Assembly: GCF_964355755.1 (NCBI RefSeq)
Contig: NC_092680.1
Location: forward strand, 13,463,045 to 13,527,044
Length of the DNA: 64,000 bases
Direction: 5' to 3'
Source of the DNA: Antedon mediterranea
Taxonomy: Eukaryota > Animalia > Echinodermata
In this document: one piece after another, positions 25,001 through 34,084 of the stretch
Position numbering within the stretch: the first letter of the stretch is position 1
How the letters are laid out: each line of letters opens with the position of its first letter
The notes under the pieces: model-generated
Seen by the model: the letters and a program-made list of their open reading frames with translations, nothing else
What the model was told of the DNA's origin: nothing
Database searches by the model: none
Translations under genes and position numbers: made by a program

Positions 25001-28000
25001 GATGTTACAACTGACAATGGTATATATATTTTGTACACCATGAATGTGCATTTTAATGTAGTGGAATCTGTCAATGTCAGTCAAAATAATTTTCAGGAAA
25101 CAACAGGACAAGTTGATATGGATGTGACATCCCAAAAGAATTATACAACACAGAAACGAAAGCAAATGAGAAAAGAAACATGTCACACATTTGAAGACAT
25201 AGAACCAAAACACAAAAAGAGTAAAACTGTTGAGGGACCTTGTTCTGGAAATGAAGTAAAAATATTGAGAAGGAAAAGAAAAATATCTTATGAAAATAGA
25301 AAACAAAGAGAAAAGAATCGTCAGAGAATGAAAAGAATAAGAGAAAAAAAAGATAATTCAATAGAAAAAAATGAAAATAGAAACAAATATCAAAGTGATC
25401 CTGCATACAGAAAAGAAAAGAAACGTAAAGTAAAAGAGGCACAACAAATAAGATATGCTGATGATGATTATAAATTCCAAAAAAGGAAGGAAAACAGAGA
25501 AAGACAACACAAAATGTATAGATGTGAACCTGAATATAATGTAAAAGTACGAAATAAAGCGAGACATAACTACAACATTGATTTGGATTACCGAACAACC
25601 AAACAAATCAACAATCTGTTAAATTATAAATGTAATAACAAATTTACGCAAAATTTGAAAGAAAAATTGAAGAATAGATACAAAAATGACATAATATTTA
25701 GACATAAAACTAGACAAAATAATAAACAAAGAAATGCAGAAAAGTATCACAATGATTCAAAATTCAGACAAAATTTGAAGCAAAAATTAGCAGCGAAGTA
25801 TCGTAATAATTCAAAATTCAGAAAAAACGTTACGCAAAAATTGGCAGAGAAGTATCGGAGTAATTTGAAATTTCGTCAAAACTGCAAACAAAAATTGGCA
25901 GATAAGTATCGGAGTAATTTGAAATTTCGTCAAAACTGCAAACAAAAATTGGCAGAGAAATATCGAGGTAATTTAAAATTTCGTCAAAGTATTAAGGAAA
26001 GGTGTAAGCAAAGATTTGCAGAAAAGTATCATGGTGATGAAGGGTTCCGAAAAAATATTATGAAGAAAAACATGAAAAATAGGGAAAAAAAGAAAAAAGA
26101 AAACAGTAATTTTGAGTTTGTCTTAGAAAATTTCAGGGAAACAGTTTCTCGTGGTCCTGAATATGTTTGTTGTGTATGCTTTAAAATGTTATTCAAAGAT
26201 CAAGTTATGAAGTGCATCAAAGCTAAATACAAAATTCAGGCTTGTATAAATGAAAAGTATTTGCATATTTGCAACAATGAATGTAATAAACCTTGTCAAT
26301 TTATGGAATCACCAAGATGTCGTTTATGGATTTGTTTCACATGCCACAGGAAATTGTTAAATGGGAAAGTCCCTGCAGAAGCCAATTCAAACAATTTACA
26401 ACTACACGATATTCCTCCTGAGCTTAGGTGTTTAAATAATTTAGAGCAGCATTTGATTGGATTGAACATTCCTTTTATGAAATTAATGAATTTACCTAAA
26501 GGTGGACAGCATGGAATACATGGACCTGTTGTATGTGTACCTTCAAATACTATTGAAACTGTAAAAATGCTTCCTAGACCACAGGTTGATGATCAATTAA
26601 TATCTGTCAAATTGAAGCGAAAGTTGTCTTACAAAGGTTATTACAAATATAAATATGTTAATACTGCCAATGTTATTCAAGCTCTTAGATTTCTACAAGA
26701 TCATAACAAGTGCTATTTTGATATAGCTATTAATGAAGAATGGCACAATTATTTATCTGAAAAAAACATCGAAAATACAAATAATAATGTAGATGAAAAT
26801 CAAACATGTATAGAAAATAATGAAGAAGAAGAAGAAGAAGAAATAGAAGACCGATTATGTGGTGCTACCTTTGATACAAGTCTTCAACCTGTTGACAGGC
26901 GACAAAATTTGGTTGATGAATATTTTAATGACATAATTTGTTGTGCACCATGTGAAAACAATAGTCCAATTGCATTGTTAAGTAATAAAAGCAATGAAGC
27001 AAAATCATTTCCAGTTTTATTTCCAACAGGCCAACCTACATTCCATGATACGAGAGATGTTAAAATAACACTTGGACGTTATTTTCACAATAGATTAATG
27101 CATATAGATAACAGGTTTGCACAAAATACAGAATTCATATTTTATGCTCAATCTTTGTATGAACTTCAACAAATTTTATCTAGTATTTCCATTGCATTGC
27201 GGAAAGGGTCAAGTAAAAAGGATGATTTTAGCAAAGTTACTGTATCCGATTTAAAAAATGTTACCAAAATTCAGGAGATTTTAAAATCTGATAAGGGTTA
27301 TAAATTTTTAAAACAAATTCGTGGAACTCCACCGTACTGGCAAGCTACACAAAAAGATATAATAGCAATGGTTAGACAGATAGGAAAGCCAACATTCTTT
27401 CTTTCATTCTCAAGTGCTGACTTCCGTTGGAAAGAAATAATGACGACATTGTTAAGTCAGTCAGGAGACCAAAGAAGCATTGAAGAATTGGAATGGGCAG
27501 ATAAATGTAATTTGTTGAAATCAAATCCAGTGACTGTTGCCAGAATGTTTGACAAACGCTTTCATACTTTTTTGAAAAATGTAATTTTGTCAGAAGCACA
27601 GCCTATTGGTAAAGTCGTAGATTATTTTTACCGAATTGAATTTCAAATGAGAGGAAGTCCACATGTTCATATGTTAGTATGGGTTGAAAATGCTCCTATT
27701 TTTGGTACAGATAAAGATAACGAAGTTATTAATTTTGTTGATAAATATATTTCTTGTGCTGTGCCATGTGAAACTGTAGATCCTGAACTGAATGAAATTG
27801 TTAAAAGTGTGCAAATTCACAGTAAAAGACATTCTAAATCATGTAAAAAAAAGGGAACAAATTGCAGATTCAACTTCCCCAGACAACCTTCTGCAAATAC
27901 ATTTGTTATGAGACCTACAATTGTGGATAAAGACAATGATGATAATGATGACAACAAACAAGCAATGGAGCTGTTAACCTCAGTAAAAGATGCTGTGACT

Positions 28001-31000
28001 AATGAAGAAACATATAGAAATGCAATAGAACTTTTCCAAAGTTTAGGTATTACACAGAGCGCATTTGAGAAAGCAAATAATTCTGTAGCTACTGAGGAAA
28101 AGATTGTTATAAAGAGAAATCCTCAAGATGTGTGGGTAAATCAATACAATCCTTCCTTATTGAGAGCATGGAATGCTAATATGGATATTCAGTATATTAC
28201 AAATGTATATGCATGTATTATTTACGTTATAGGATATATGTCGAAATCTGAACGGGAAATGGGCTTACTTTTATCTCATGCAGCATCAGAAGTAAAAGAA
28301 GGCAATGAAGATGCTAGGCAAAGTTTGCGAAAACTTGGTAATGTTTATATGAATAATCGAGAAGTGTCTGCACAAGAAAGTATTTATCGTGTTTGTAGTT
28401 TAAGATTAAAAGAATGTTCAAGGAAAGTTGAATTTATCCCAGTAGGACCTAATCCTGTTAGAATGAGTTTACCACTAAGTGTAATTAAAAACAAAGCAGA
28501 TGATGATGTAAGTGCATGGTTGCCAAATAAGATTGACAAATATAAAGCTCGACCTAATAGTTCTGAATTTAATAAAATGTGCCTTGCAAAATTTTGTTCA
28601 GAATATAGAATATTGAGTTCATCAGAAATGAAAGGAAATAAACAAAAAAAGAATGTATTTCAATTAAAAAAACAGTTGGGATTCATCCAAAAAAGAACAA
28701 GAACTAGCAATGCTATAATAAGATACCCACGATTTCCAATAGATGCAGCACCTGAGAAATATTTTTTGAGTATACTTCAGTTATTTCTACCATTTCGAAA
28801 AGATGAACAGTTAAAACCTCAAAACTTTGAAACGTATGAACAATTTCATGAGAAAGGATGTGTGAAATTATGTGGCTGTCAATTACAAACGGTAAAGTCA
28901 ATAGTTCATGGAAACATGGAACAATATGAAAAAAGTGCTGATGATGTTGAAGAAGCACAGGAATGTTTATCAAAATTTGGCCCACAAGAAGATGCATGGA
29001 GCCTATTATGTCCAGAAAGCGAAAAAGAAAGGTTAAACAACCCAAAGCCAAATGTAGAGGTTGATGATGAAGAAGATGAATTTTTCATTCCAGATTTTGG
29101 AATTCAAAAAAATCATACATCTAAAGTAGAGTCTAATTCATCTAATATTCCAAGACCAGAATTAAACAAAATGATTCGATCTTTAAATGAAAAACAACAA
29201 CATATATTTTATAAGACAAGACAATGGTGTTTAGACAAAGTTAATGGTAAAAAACCTGAAGCATTTTACACTTTCATAACTGGTGGCGCTGGTACTGGAA
29301 AAAGTCATTTGGTAAATTGTATTTATAATGAAGCGACACGTATTCTTGGAAAGATTATGGAAAATCCCGATGATTTGTCAATATTAAAATTAGCTCCTAC
29401 AGGAATCGCAGCATATAATATTAAAGGCCAAACAATTCATAGCGCTTTGTCTATCCCGATTAATATTTCACATCCGTATCAACCACTTGGAGAAGAAAAA
29501 ATAAGTGCACTTCGTAATAAATTGGGTCAGTTGCAAATTGTTATTATAGATGAAATATCAATGGTAAATCAAAGGTTACTTTGGTATATCCACGGACGAT
29601 TAAGGCAAATAAAACAAGTACGCAATGATAGTCCATTTGGTAACATTTCAGTAATTGCTGTTGGTGATTTTTATCAGTTACCCCCGGTGATGGGCAGTTC
29701 GTTATATAAAGACACATTGGAAAGCTCACTGTGGATAGATAACTTTAAGCAAGTACAGTTAGATCAAATCATGAGGCAAAAAGAAGATAAAGAATTTGCT
29801 TTATTGTTAAACAAATTGCGTACAAAAGAAAAACATGATTGTTTGTCTGATAACGATTTATTAGTTCTAAAAACACGTGAAACAGGTGAAGAATGTGAAG
29901 ATGCTGTTCATATTTACCCACGCAACAAACAAGTTGATGAATGGAATAAAAAAATGTTACACAAAACCTGTACAGGCATTGTATGCATTGAAGCAGAAGA
30001 TAGTGTAGTAAACAGCAAGAAACAGAACAAAAATTGTGACAAACCTCGGAATTCACGTCAAACTAGTTTACTAAATTATTTGTGGATCGCAATTAATGCC
30101 AGAGTGATGTTGATTAAAAATGTAGATGTTAAAAAAGGCTTAACGAATGGATGTATGGGACATGTTGATGAAATAGTCAAACCTGACCATAACACCAAAC
30201 CAGTATCTATTAAAGTAAAATTTGACAATAATGACATTGGTATTCAGGCAATTGAAATGTTTAAAGAATCTATGGGGAAAAAATACAGTCGAAAACAATT
30301 TCCTCTCAAATTAGCTTATGCATGCACAGTTCATAAAGTTCAAGGAATGACAATGGATAAAGCAGTGGTTTGCCTTAAAGATACTTTTACGCCTGGACAA
30401 GCATATGTAGGCCTCAGTCGTGTTACTTCAATATCTGGACTTACTATTGAAAATTTTAAACCTAGTCTGATTTATTGTGATCCAAACATAAAGAAGTGCT
30501 TACGTAATATGGATTCATACGTACAATGTAATAAACAAGGTCATGATTCGGATTCTAGATTTTCAATAATGTTACATAACATTCAAGGGCTTAAACAACA
30601 TTTTGTTGATCTTCATTGTAATGATTTGTTTATGAATTCTAATATCATATGTCTAACTGAAACATGGTTGAACAAGGATGATGATGTTTTTGACGTACGC
30701 ATTGAGCCGTATAAATTTTATCACCAAGCAAGGTATGATTCGTATTCTAATACAAATGATCTCAGTTCCAAAATAAAACATCAGGCTCATGGTGGCGTTG
30801 CAGTGTATGCCAAGAACACGTCTTCAAGCAGATTAAACATATGTAATAATGATATAGAAGCAGTTTCATTTTTAATAACAAGTCCGATTTCTGTTGCCGT
30901 GTCAGTAATTTATCGACCCCCAAGTTATGATATTAATCAATTCTGTCTAAATTTGAGAAAACATTTGGAAGAGTTACATAAAATGAGTACAAAATGTATT

Positions 31001-31213
31001 GTAATGGGTGATTTTAATGAAAATCTTTTCAAACAATCTTCTAGAGTAAATCATTTAATGTCAGAAAATGAGTACCAACAACATGTTACAAGTTCCACCA
31101 CTGAAAACAATACATTGATTGATCATGTATATAGCAAAGGTCTTGATTCAGTACAGGCTGAAGTAATTCCAGTTTATTATAGCTATCATGAAGTCATTCA
31201 AATTAAATTTTAA
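22070..31213 (+). CDS. Helentron/Helitron2 RepHel-endonuclease polyprotein, 3047 aa (TM-PHD-VTD/C76 protease-OTU-basic repeats-Zn/Rep HUH-Pif1 helicase-APE endonuclease)
   Basis: Single open frame from ATG to TAA. Rep motifs PTFFLSFS, YFYRIEFQMRGSPHVHMLVW (HUH) and YVIGYMSK (two Tyr). Pif1/SF1B motifs GGAGTGKS, IIDEISMV, VGDFYQLPPV, QFPLKLAYACTVHKVQGMT and GQAYVGLSRV. C-terminal EEP motifs HNIQGL, CLTETW, GGVAVY, IYRPP, MGDFNE, IDHVY and SYH. The true start could differ if upstream exons are spliced in. Confidence 0.95.
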   Translation: MDTLLITFIIGMLFLMMFLMLWCFFKNNKENTNKEYNNVNTAGNVDSGIIDTTEFETVIDEILDLLDQCCLSKNVKDMSTIKLENDDTCNVDCEVIKDTTEFKEIIDDIINILSYGTEVASEFDDTCDLCSIEVKADDNCITCDCCSQYFHVKCVRDVFEDKLCDSRVIWICSMCGYSNFVDNILGEIGIPCHFNRYTILEPDESDTADLKKNKEKRNNAKLKKCQTGSEDLLGSDWIRVKSKKRTDNRKKRCKKRGNKKRRKRVINGISIEPGVKYIGKGVKDFYERRNNNKMEWNMNTNTYREYNKENAKTNVLGNSQTIIDDSGRPMCDVLKNTKVTNGIQQQSGGGSKRLRNNKGRFVKTKKIDNKKAQGNVNLKNDCDTMKDIKNMGNNDNSETKTDMDFKMECTVENDNTATDDAKAQNNSKMNDRSRIIDSNGTDHKNQTCASCEFEENEVLIIDDGCKKAVTEKIRSHTKSKCDQHTIDVDIEVLTKNDFSEELIIDDVTKQKNTRKRQKTQSINELQVYNSNENITVAQGNFNQGNYRFGFASGKQCVANSLVAILYSTKRNGNEFYTKDLDTILTLGNELYRYIQKDSTMHEDLLMISELPKELDILDNTFVISPKESVFGIIDGNLEFMAEYGALSLNQALEQELHQHDAFFMNFNRSTFSIIKRVNGFLIFDPHARDRFGCVSEHGKSILLYSPSWQGVYDYCIRLARSMNCNLHETEFELTGVNIENKSMMLCSASVLDDNCEQRNLGNVDVDEPSTSYQYKCSTRLPDKNIDSNVKGKTHNKEGHVSSSNGWQSDSDIEIVNVQYAERPDKNFKFIPTSEAQKKNMCNEVGIHCEHTDMNCGINRASQIGHPLQITNITGDGNCFYRAISYIISGTEDNHLLLRRAITNHLLETGDLFINTFSHEYRSVKEYVFKKRVMDNGTWASNTEISAMANLLNTDIYSFNDQLLTWQLFSAKKPGRIDDVTTDNGIYILYTMNVHFNVVESVNVSQNNFQETTGQVDMDVTSQKNYTTQKRKQMRKETCHTFEDIEPKHKKSKTVEGPCSGNEVKILRRKRKISYENRKQREKNRQRMKRIREKKDNSIEKNENRNKYQSDPAYRKEKKRKVKEAQQIRYADDDYKFQKRKENRERQHKMYRCEPEYNVKVRNKARHNYNIDLDYRTTKQINNLLNYKCNNKFTQNLKEKLKNRYKNDIIFRHKTRQNNKQRNAEKYHNDSKFRQNLKQKLAAKYRNNSKFRKNVTQKLAEKYRSNLKFRQNCKQKLADKYRSNLKFRQNCKQKLAEKYRGNLKFRQSIKERCKQRFAEKYHGDEGFRKNIMKKNMKNREKKKKENSNFEFVLENFRETVSRGPEYVCCVCFKMLFKDQVMKCIKAKYKIQACINEKYLHICNNECNKPCQFMESPRCRLWICFTCHRKLLNGKVPAEANSNNLQLHDIPPELRCLNNLEQHLIGLNIPFMKLMNLPKGGQHGIHGPVVCVPSNTIETVKMLPRPQVDDQLISVKLKRKLSYKGYYKYKYVNTANVIQALRFLQDHNKCYFDIAINEEWHNYLSEKNIENTNNNVDENQTCIENNEEEEEEEIEDRLCGATFDTSLQPVDRRQNLVDEYFNDIICCAPCENNSPIALLSNKSNEAKSFPVLFPTGQPTFHDTRDVKITLGRYFHNRLMHIDNRFAQNTEFIFYAQSLYELQQILSSISIALRKGSSKKDDFSKVTVSDLKNVTKIQEILKSDKGYKFLKQIRGTPPYWQATQKDIIAMVRQIGKPTFFLSFSSADFRWKEIMTTLLSQSGDQRSIEELEWADKCNLLKSNPVTVARMFDKRFHTFLKNVILSEAQPIGKVVDYFYRIEFQMRGSPHVHMLVWVENAPIFGTDKDNEVINFVDKYISCAVPCETVDPELNEIVKSVQIHSKRHSKSCKKKGTNCRFNFPRQPSANTFVMRPTIVDKDNDDNDDNKQAMELLTSVKDAVTNEETYRNAIELFQSLGITQSAFEKANNSVATEEKIVIKRNPQDVWVNQYNPSLLRAWNANMDIQYITNVYACIIYVIGYMSKSEREMGLLLSHAASEVKEGNEDARQSLRKLGNVYMNNREVSAQESIYRVCSLRLKECSRKVEFIPVGPNPVRMSLPLSVIKNKADDDVSAWLPNKIDKYKARPNSSEFNKMCLAKFCSEYRILSSSEMKGNKQKKNVFQLKKQLGFIQKRTRTSNAIIRYPRFPIDAAPEKYFLSILQLFLPFRKDEQLKPQNFETYEQFHEKGCVKLCGCQLQTVKSIVHGNMEQYEKSADDVEEAQECLSKFGPQEDAWSLLCPESEKERLNNPKPNVEVDDEEDEFFIPDFGIQKNHTSKVESNSSNIPRPELNKMIRSLNEKQQHIFYKTRQWCLDKVNGKKPEAFYTFITGGAGTGKSHLVNCIYNEATRILGKIMENPDDLSILKLAPTGIAAYNIKGQTIHSALSIPINISHPYQPLGEEKISALRNKLGQLQIVIIDEISMVNQRLLWYIHGRLRQIKQVRNDSPFGNISVIAVGDFYQLPPVMGSSLYKDTLESSLWIDNFKQVQLDQIMRQKEDKEFALLLNKLRTKEKHDCLSDNDLLVLKTRETGEECEDAVHIYPRNKQVDEWNKKMLHKTCTGIVCIEAEDSVVNSKKQNKNCDKPRNSRQTSLLNYLWIAINARVMLIKNVDVKKGLTNGCMGHVDEIVKPDHNTKPVSIKVKFDNNDIGIQAIEMFKESMGKKYSRKQFPLKLAYACTVHKVQGMTMDKAVVCLKDTFTPGQAYVGLSRVTSISGLTIENFKPSLIYCDPNIKKCLRNMDSYVQCNKQGHDSDSRFSIMLHNIQGLKQHFVDLHCNDLFMNSNIICLTETWLNKDDDVFDVRIEPYKFYHQARYDSYSNTNDLSSKIKHQAHGGVAVYAKNTSSSRLNICNNDIEAVSFLITSPISVAVSVIYRPPSYDINQFCLNLRKHLEELHKMSTKCIVMGDFNENLFKQSSRVNHLMSENEYQQHVTSSTTENNTLIDHVYSKGLDSVQAEVIPVYYSYHEVIQIKF
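22448..22594 (+). other. PHD-type zinc finger within the polyprotein
   Basis: CDLC...CITCDCCSQYFHVKC...WICSMC fits C4HC3 with the conserved Trp before the last Cys pair. Confidence 0.8.
23675..24285 (+). other. Herpesvirus large-tegument-like deubiquitinase domain (peptidase C76/VTD-like)
   Basis: QGNFNQGNYRFGFASGKQCVANS (oxyanion Gln and catalytic Cys), LDTILTLGNELY, and FLIFDPHAR (Asp-x-His). Confidence 0.75.
24665..25066 (+). other. OTU-family cysteine protease domain
   Basis: ITGDGNCFYRAIS ... WASNTEISAMANLL ... VHFNVV; the Cys/His/Asn set is intact. Confidence 0.85.
25735..26065 (+). repeat. Coding 54-bp (18-aa) tandem repeat AEKYRSNLKFRQNCKQKL
   Basis: About six copies, two nearly identical at DNA level (~25843-25950); more degenerate Y-x4-[FY]-R/K copies extend upstream to ~25385. 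Confidence 0.85.
26950..28420 (+). other. Helitron-type Rep (HUH Y2) domain
   Basis: FPVLFPTG, IRGTPPYW, PTFFLSFS, EFQMRGSPHVH, CRFNFP, NANMDIQY, YVIGYMSK and REVSAQE motifs. Confidence 0.9.
29180..30450 (+). other. Pif1-family (SF1B) helicase domain
   Basis: Walker A GGAGTGKS at ~29282, LAPTGIAA, Walker B IIDE, and motifs III-VI recognisable. Confidence 0.92.
30560..31210 (+). other. APE-like (EEP) endonuclease domain, diagnostic of Helentrons
   Basis: HNIQGL, ICLTETW, GGVAVY, VIYRPP, GDFN, TLIDHVY and YYSYH. Confidence 0.88.
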
Positions 31214-33034
31214 TTTCAATGATTTTAATTACTTGGATTATGTTTATATGAATGGAAATTGAAATTGTATAGTATTAATTAATTGTTTTAACAATTTAGA
31301 AAATGAACTACTATTAGGCTTTATCACAACATGTGCAATATCAAAATATTCTATCTAATTATATACAGGGAAGTAATACTTAAAAAGACAAACAAAAAGA
31401 ATAATATAATAATAATGTGGCTCTCAGTCCATGAGAGGCTGTGAATAGTATCTAACTTCAACCCATGTCATTCTCCTTTTTAGGAGAAACAATATCAGGT
31501 GAGTTAAGTAAACACATTTTTATCTTTTTTTATGTGAATAATATAGGGACCTTTGTTTATATTATCTATGAATAATGTTCTGATTTTGAACATGAACTAG
31601 AAGTATGTAGTTTTACATACTAATCTTACAGTATCTACCAGTATTCAATTAATGTTAAAAATAAAAAGTTACAGACATTTACAGAAGAAAGAAATACGGT
31701 TTTGTTTTATACGATTACCAATAGGCCTATACCTATAATTTCAGTTTTATAATTGGTTTTATAATATTATGTTGTTGCTGCTCTCCACATGAATAATCAA
31801 TTAAATTTATTTTGGTTTTAGGTGTTCAATGGAATGGATTCATCTCTTCAAGGTTTTTAGGAATTCATTAATGCAGTCATTCGCTCTTTCATAATTGTTT
31901 AAACGCGGCAAAGGATTCAATTATTGATATAAGATTTATAGAGAGAATAGAAAAATAAGAATCTTTTACGTATCAATAAATATGTGTTTAAACAATCCAC
32001 GACTATTTACAAATTAACATGTATATACTAAGTACAGGTACAATTACTCATCACCAACATGTTTAGGAACTAATTTATAGCCGTATACGGGCTGCAGTGG
32101 CGCGCGCTCAGTTGAGTTAGTGTTTACCGACCGACCGGCATAGTGAGTTATAGAGTCTGCTAAAAACAGACTTATGTTGTGACAAATGTCCAATTTTATC
32201 TTTTTTGTTACATTTCTTTAAATAGGAACTAATTGTTATAAATACTGTAAATACATTTTATACATATTTCAATTTGAAATAAAAGATTATATTTTTAACA
32301 GTTATGGTGTGATGTTATTAGTTTTATCACTATTATATCCTTTGGTACAAGATTTTGACTTTAACTGAGATAGTAGGTTTTTTTTTTTAAAGATTTTCGG
32401 AAGGCAATTCATCTCAACGAGAACATAATGAATCAAGATGCACACTCTATAGTGAAGTGATGAAATATGACGACAACAAATTAAAAAAATTTTACCTTCT
32501 CAATTTAAAAGGCCATGGGATGACCTCACAGCATCAGATAGAAACATTTTGGAAGATTGTTAGTGAGGAAATTTAATGTAAAAGCGAGTCGCGGTCTTTT
32601 AAAAACGATTAACTTGTCTGTTTTATATCATACAGTATTAGGTCTAGTATATACTTATATACAGAAAAATGAAAATTCGACTTTTAAAATTTACCTGGCT
32701 ATATAATGACGTAACAACACCCGATAGACAAAATTCATGTCTAATATTCAACAGCTTCCATAATAAGTTTTAATGAAGAGGGTCAGTTTTCACTCCGAAG
32801 AGCTATAACAAATTGAAATATACTGTATAGAAGAAAAAAAAGTAACTCACCTTATTAAAATGTTTTTATATGATGATATAAAGAATTTTTTTTAAAAATT
32901 TATTTGAAAGATAGTTGATTAACCAAAACCTATTAACATTGGGCGCGCATTAGCGTGATGCTCTCTATTAAACGATTATGCCATTGAAAACATGTTAGTG
33001 TGCTCTCTATTTTGTGTCACGTCTAGGTATATAC

Positions 33035-33066
<32 letters not shown>
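33035..33066. repeat. (AGT)n microsatellite in the right arm of the autonomous element
   Basis: About ten AGT units, absent from the corresponding position of the non-autonomous units. Confidence 0.9.
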
Positions 33067-34084
33067 GAGTATATATACTATATACTGTATACGTACTACA
33101 GTATAATTATACAGTGCAGAATAGGTGAAAATAACGGGACCCGAATTTTCATCCAATTTTCACCATTGATTGACCTAGACAATATAATAAAATGGGGGAG
33201 AAATGGAATTCGGATAAGTAGAGATGCGCTCTATTAAATGTGATGAGCTATGACGAAAGAGACAAAAATCCTCTATTTTATATTCGAGTGGCCATACGAT
33301 GACGTCACAATGTCCGGTAAGCCATGTGGATGCATGATTCGATATCTACAACTCATCTACTTTCAGAATTTTTAATAAAAAATAAAATTCACCATGTAGT
33401 TTAGAATCTATGACTGTTTAAAAAAAGCATTATTTTCACGAATTTTTTAACTTTTTCATCAAAAATGCGCGCAAATTGTTTAATTCTACGTGCTCGTATG
33501 ACGTGATTTTAAGTCGAAATTGATTGAAAATTGGTAAATTTACTAGAAAAGGCTGAATAAACAAAAATCAAGCAAAAAAAAGATGTTTTTGCGCGATGTG
33601 CGCACGCGCGCGTAAAAAAATTGCGCACGCGTGGGAATTTTTGAAATGCTCAAAATGACATGAAACGCGTAGAAAGTTGATTAGAAATTGATTTTTCGCA
33701 TTTTGAAATTTTAAACGCGCGTGCGCGCGTAACTTTCAGTGAAACATGCCATTTTCTCTCCATAGAAAGTTAGCGCATGATATAAATTAAACTTTCGCCA
33801 AGTTTCAATTTAAATGGTTTAATAGTTTTCGTTCAAAATTAAATACGCGAAATTCATAAAATTGCGCGTAACTTACGCTGCGCAACTCGGACGGTACCGA
33901 AAACCTTATTACGACATCTTCAGATAGAGGTCAATCTTTTGATAAAGTTATACAATGTTATGTTGAGAAGATTTAGAGATACACTAGCAACAAAATTCTG
34001 GGAAAGAAAGAAGAATAAGAAAGAAAAAAAAAAAAAAAGATCCTGACAATAACAAGAGGTTATCCGCCAAGTGCGGATAACCAA

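Larger units (their letters stand above)
15831..34083. mobile_element. Autonomous Helentron (Helitron2/HLE2) rolling-circle transposon, ~18.2 kb
   Basis: Starts with the same left terminus as the array units (CTAGATTTGAACTCGTCACTACGGACGAGTTAGGTTATCCGC). Follows the unit consensus to ~15964, carries ~17 kb of internal sequence including the RepHel-EN ORF, rejoins the consensus at ~32970 and ends in GGTTATCCGCCAAGTGCGGATAACCA. No target-site duplication visible. The ORF is on +; the CTAG/hairpin end reads as the 3' end on -. Confidence 0.85.

Noticed and set aside
22057-30056. Antisense and alternate-frame ORFs overlapping the long ORF
   Set aside because: Shadow ORFs of an A-rich coding strand with no recognisable motifs.
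22070-31213. Host PIF1 gene or an endogenous herpesvirus
   Set aside because: The helicase is fused to a HUH Rep and an endonuclease within transposon termini, and no capsid, polymerase or other viral core genes are present.
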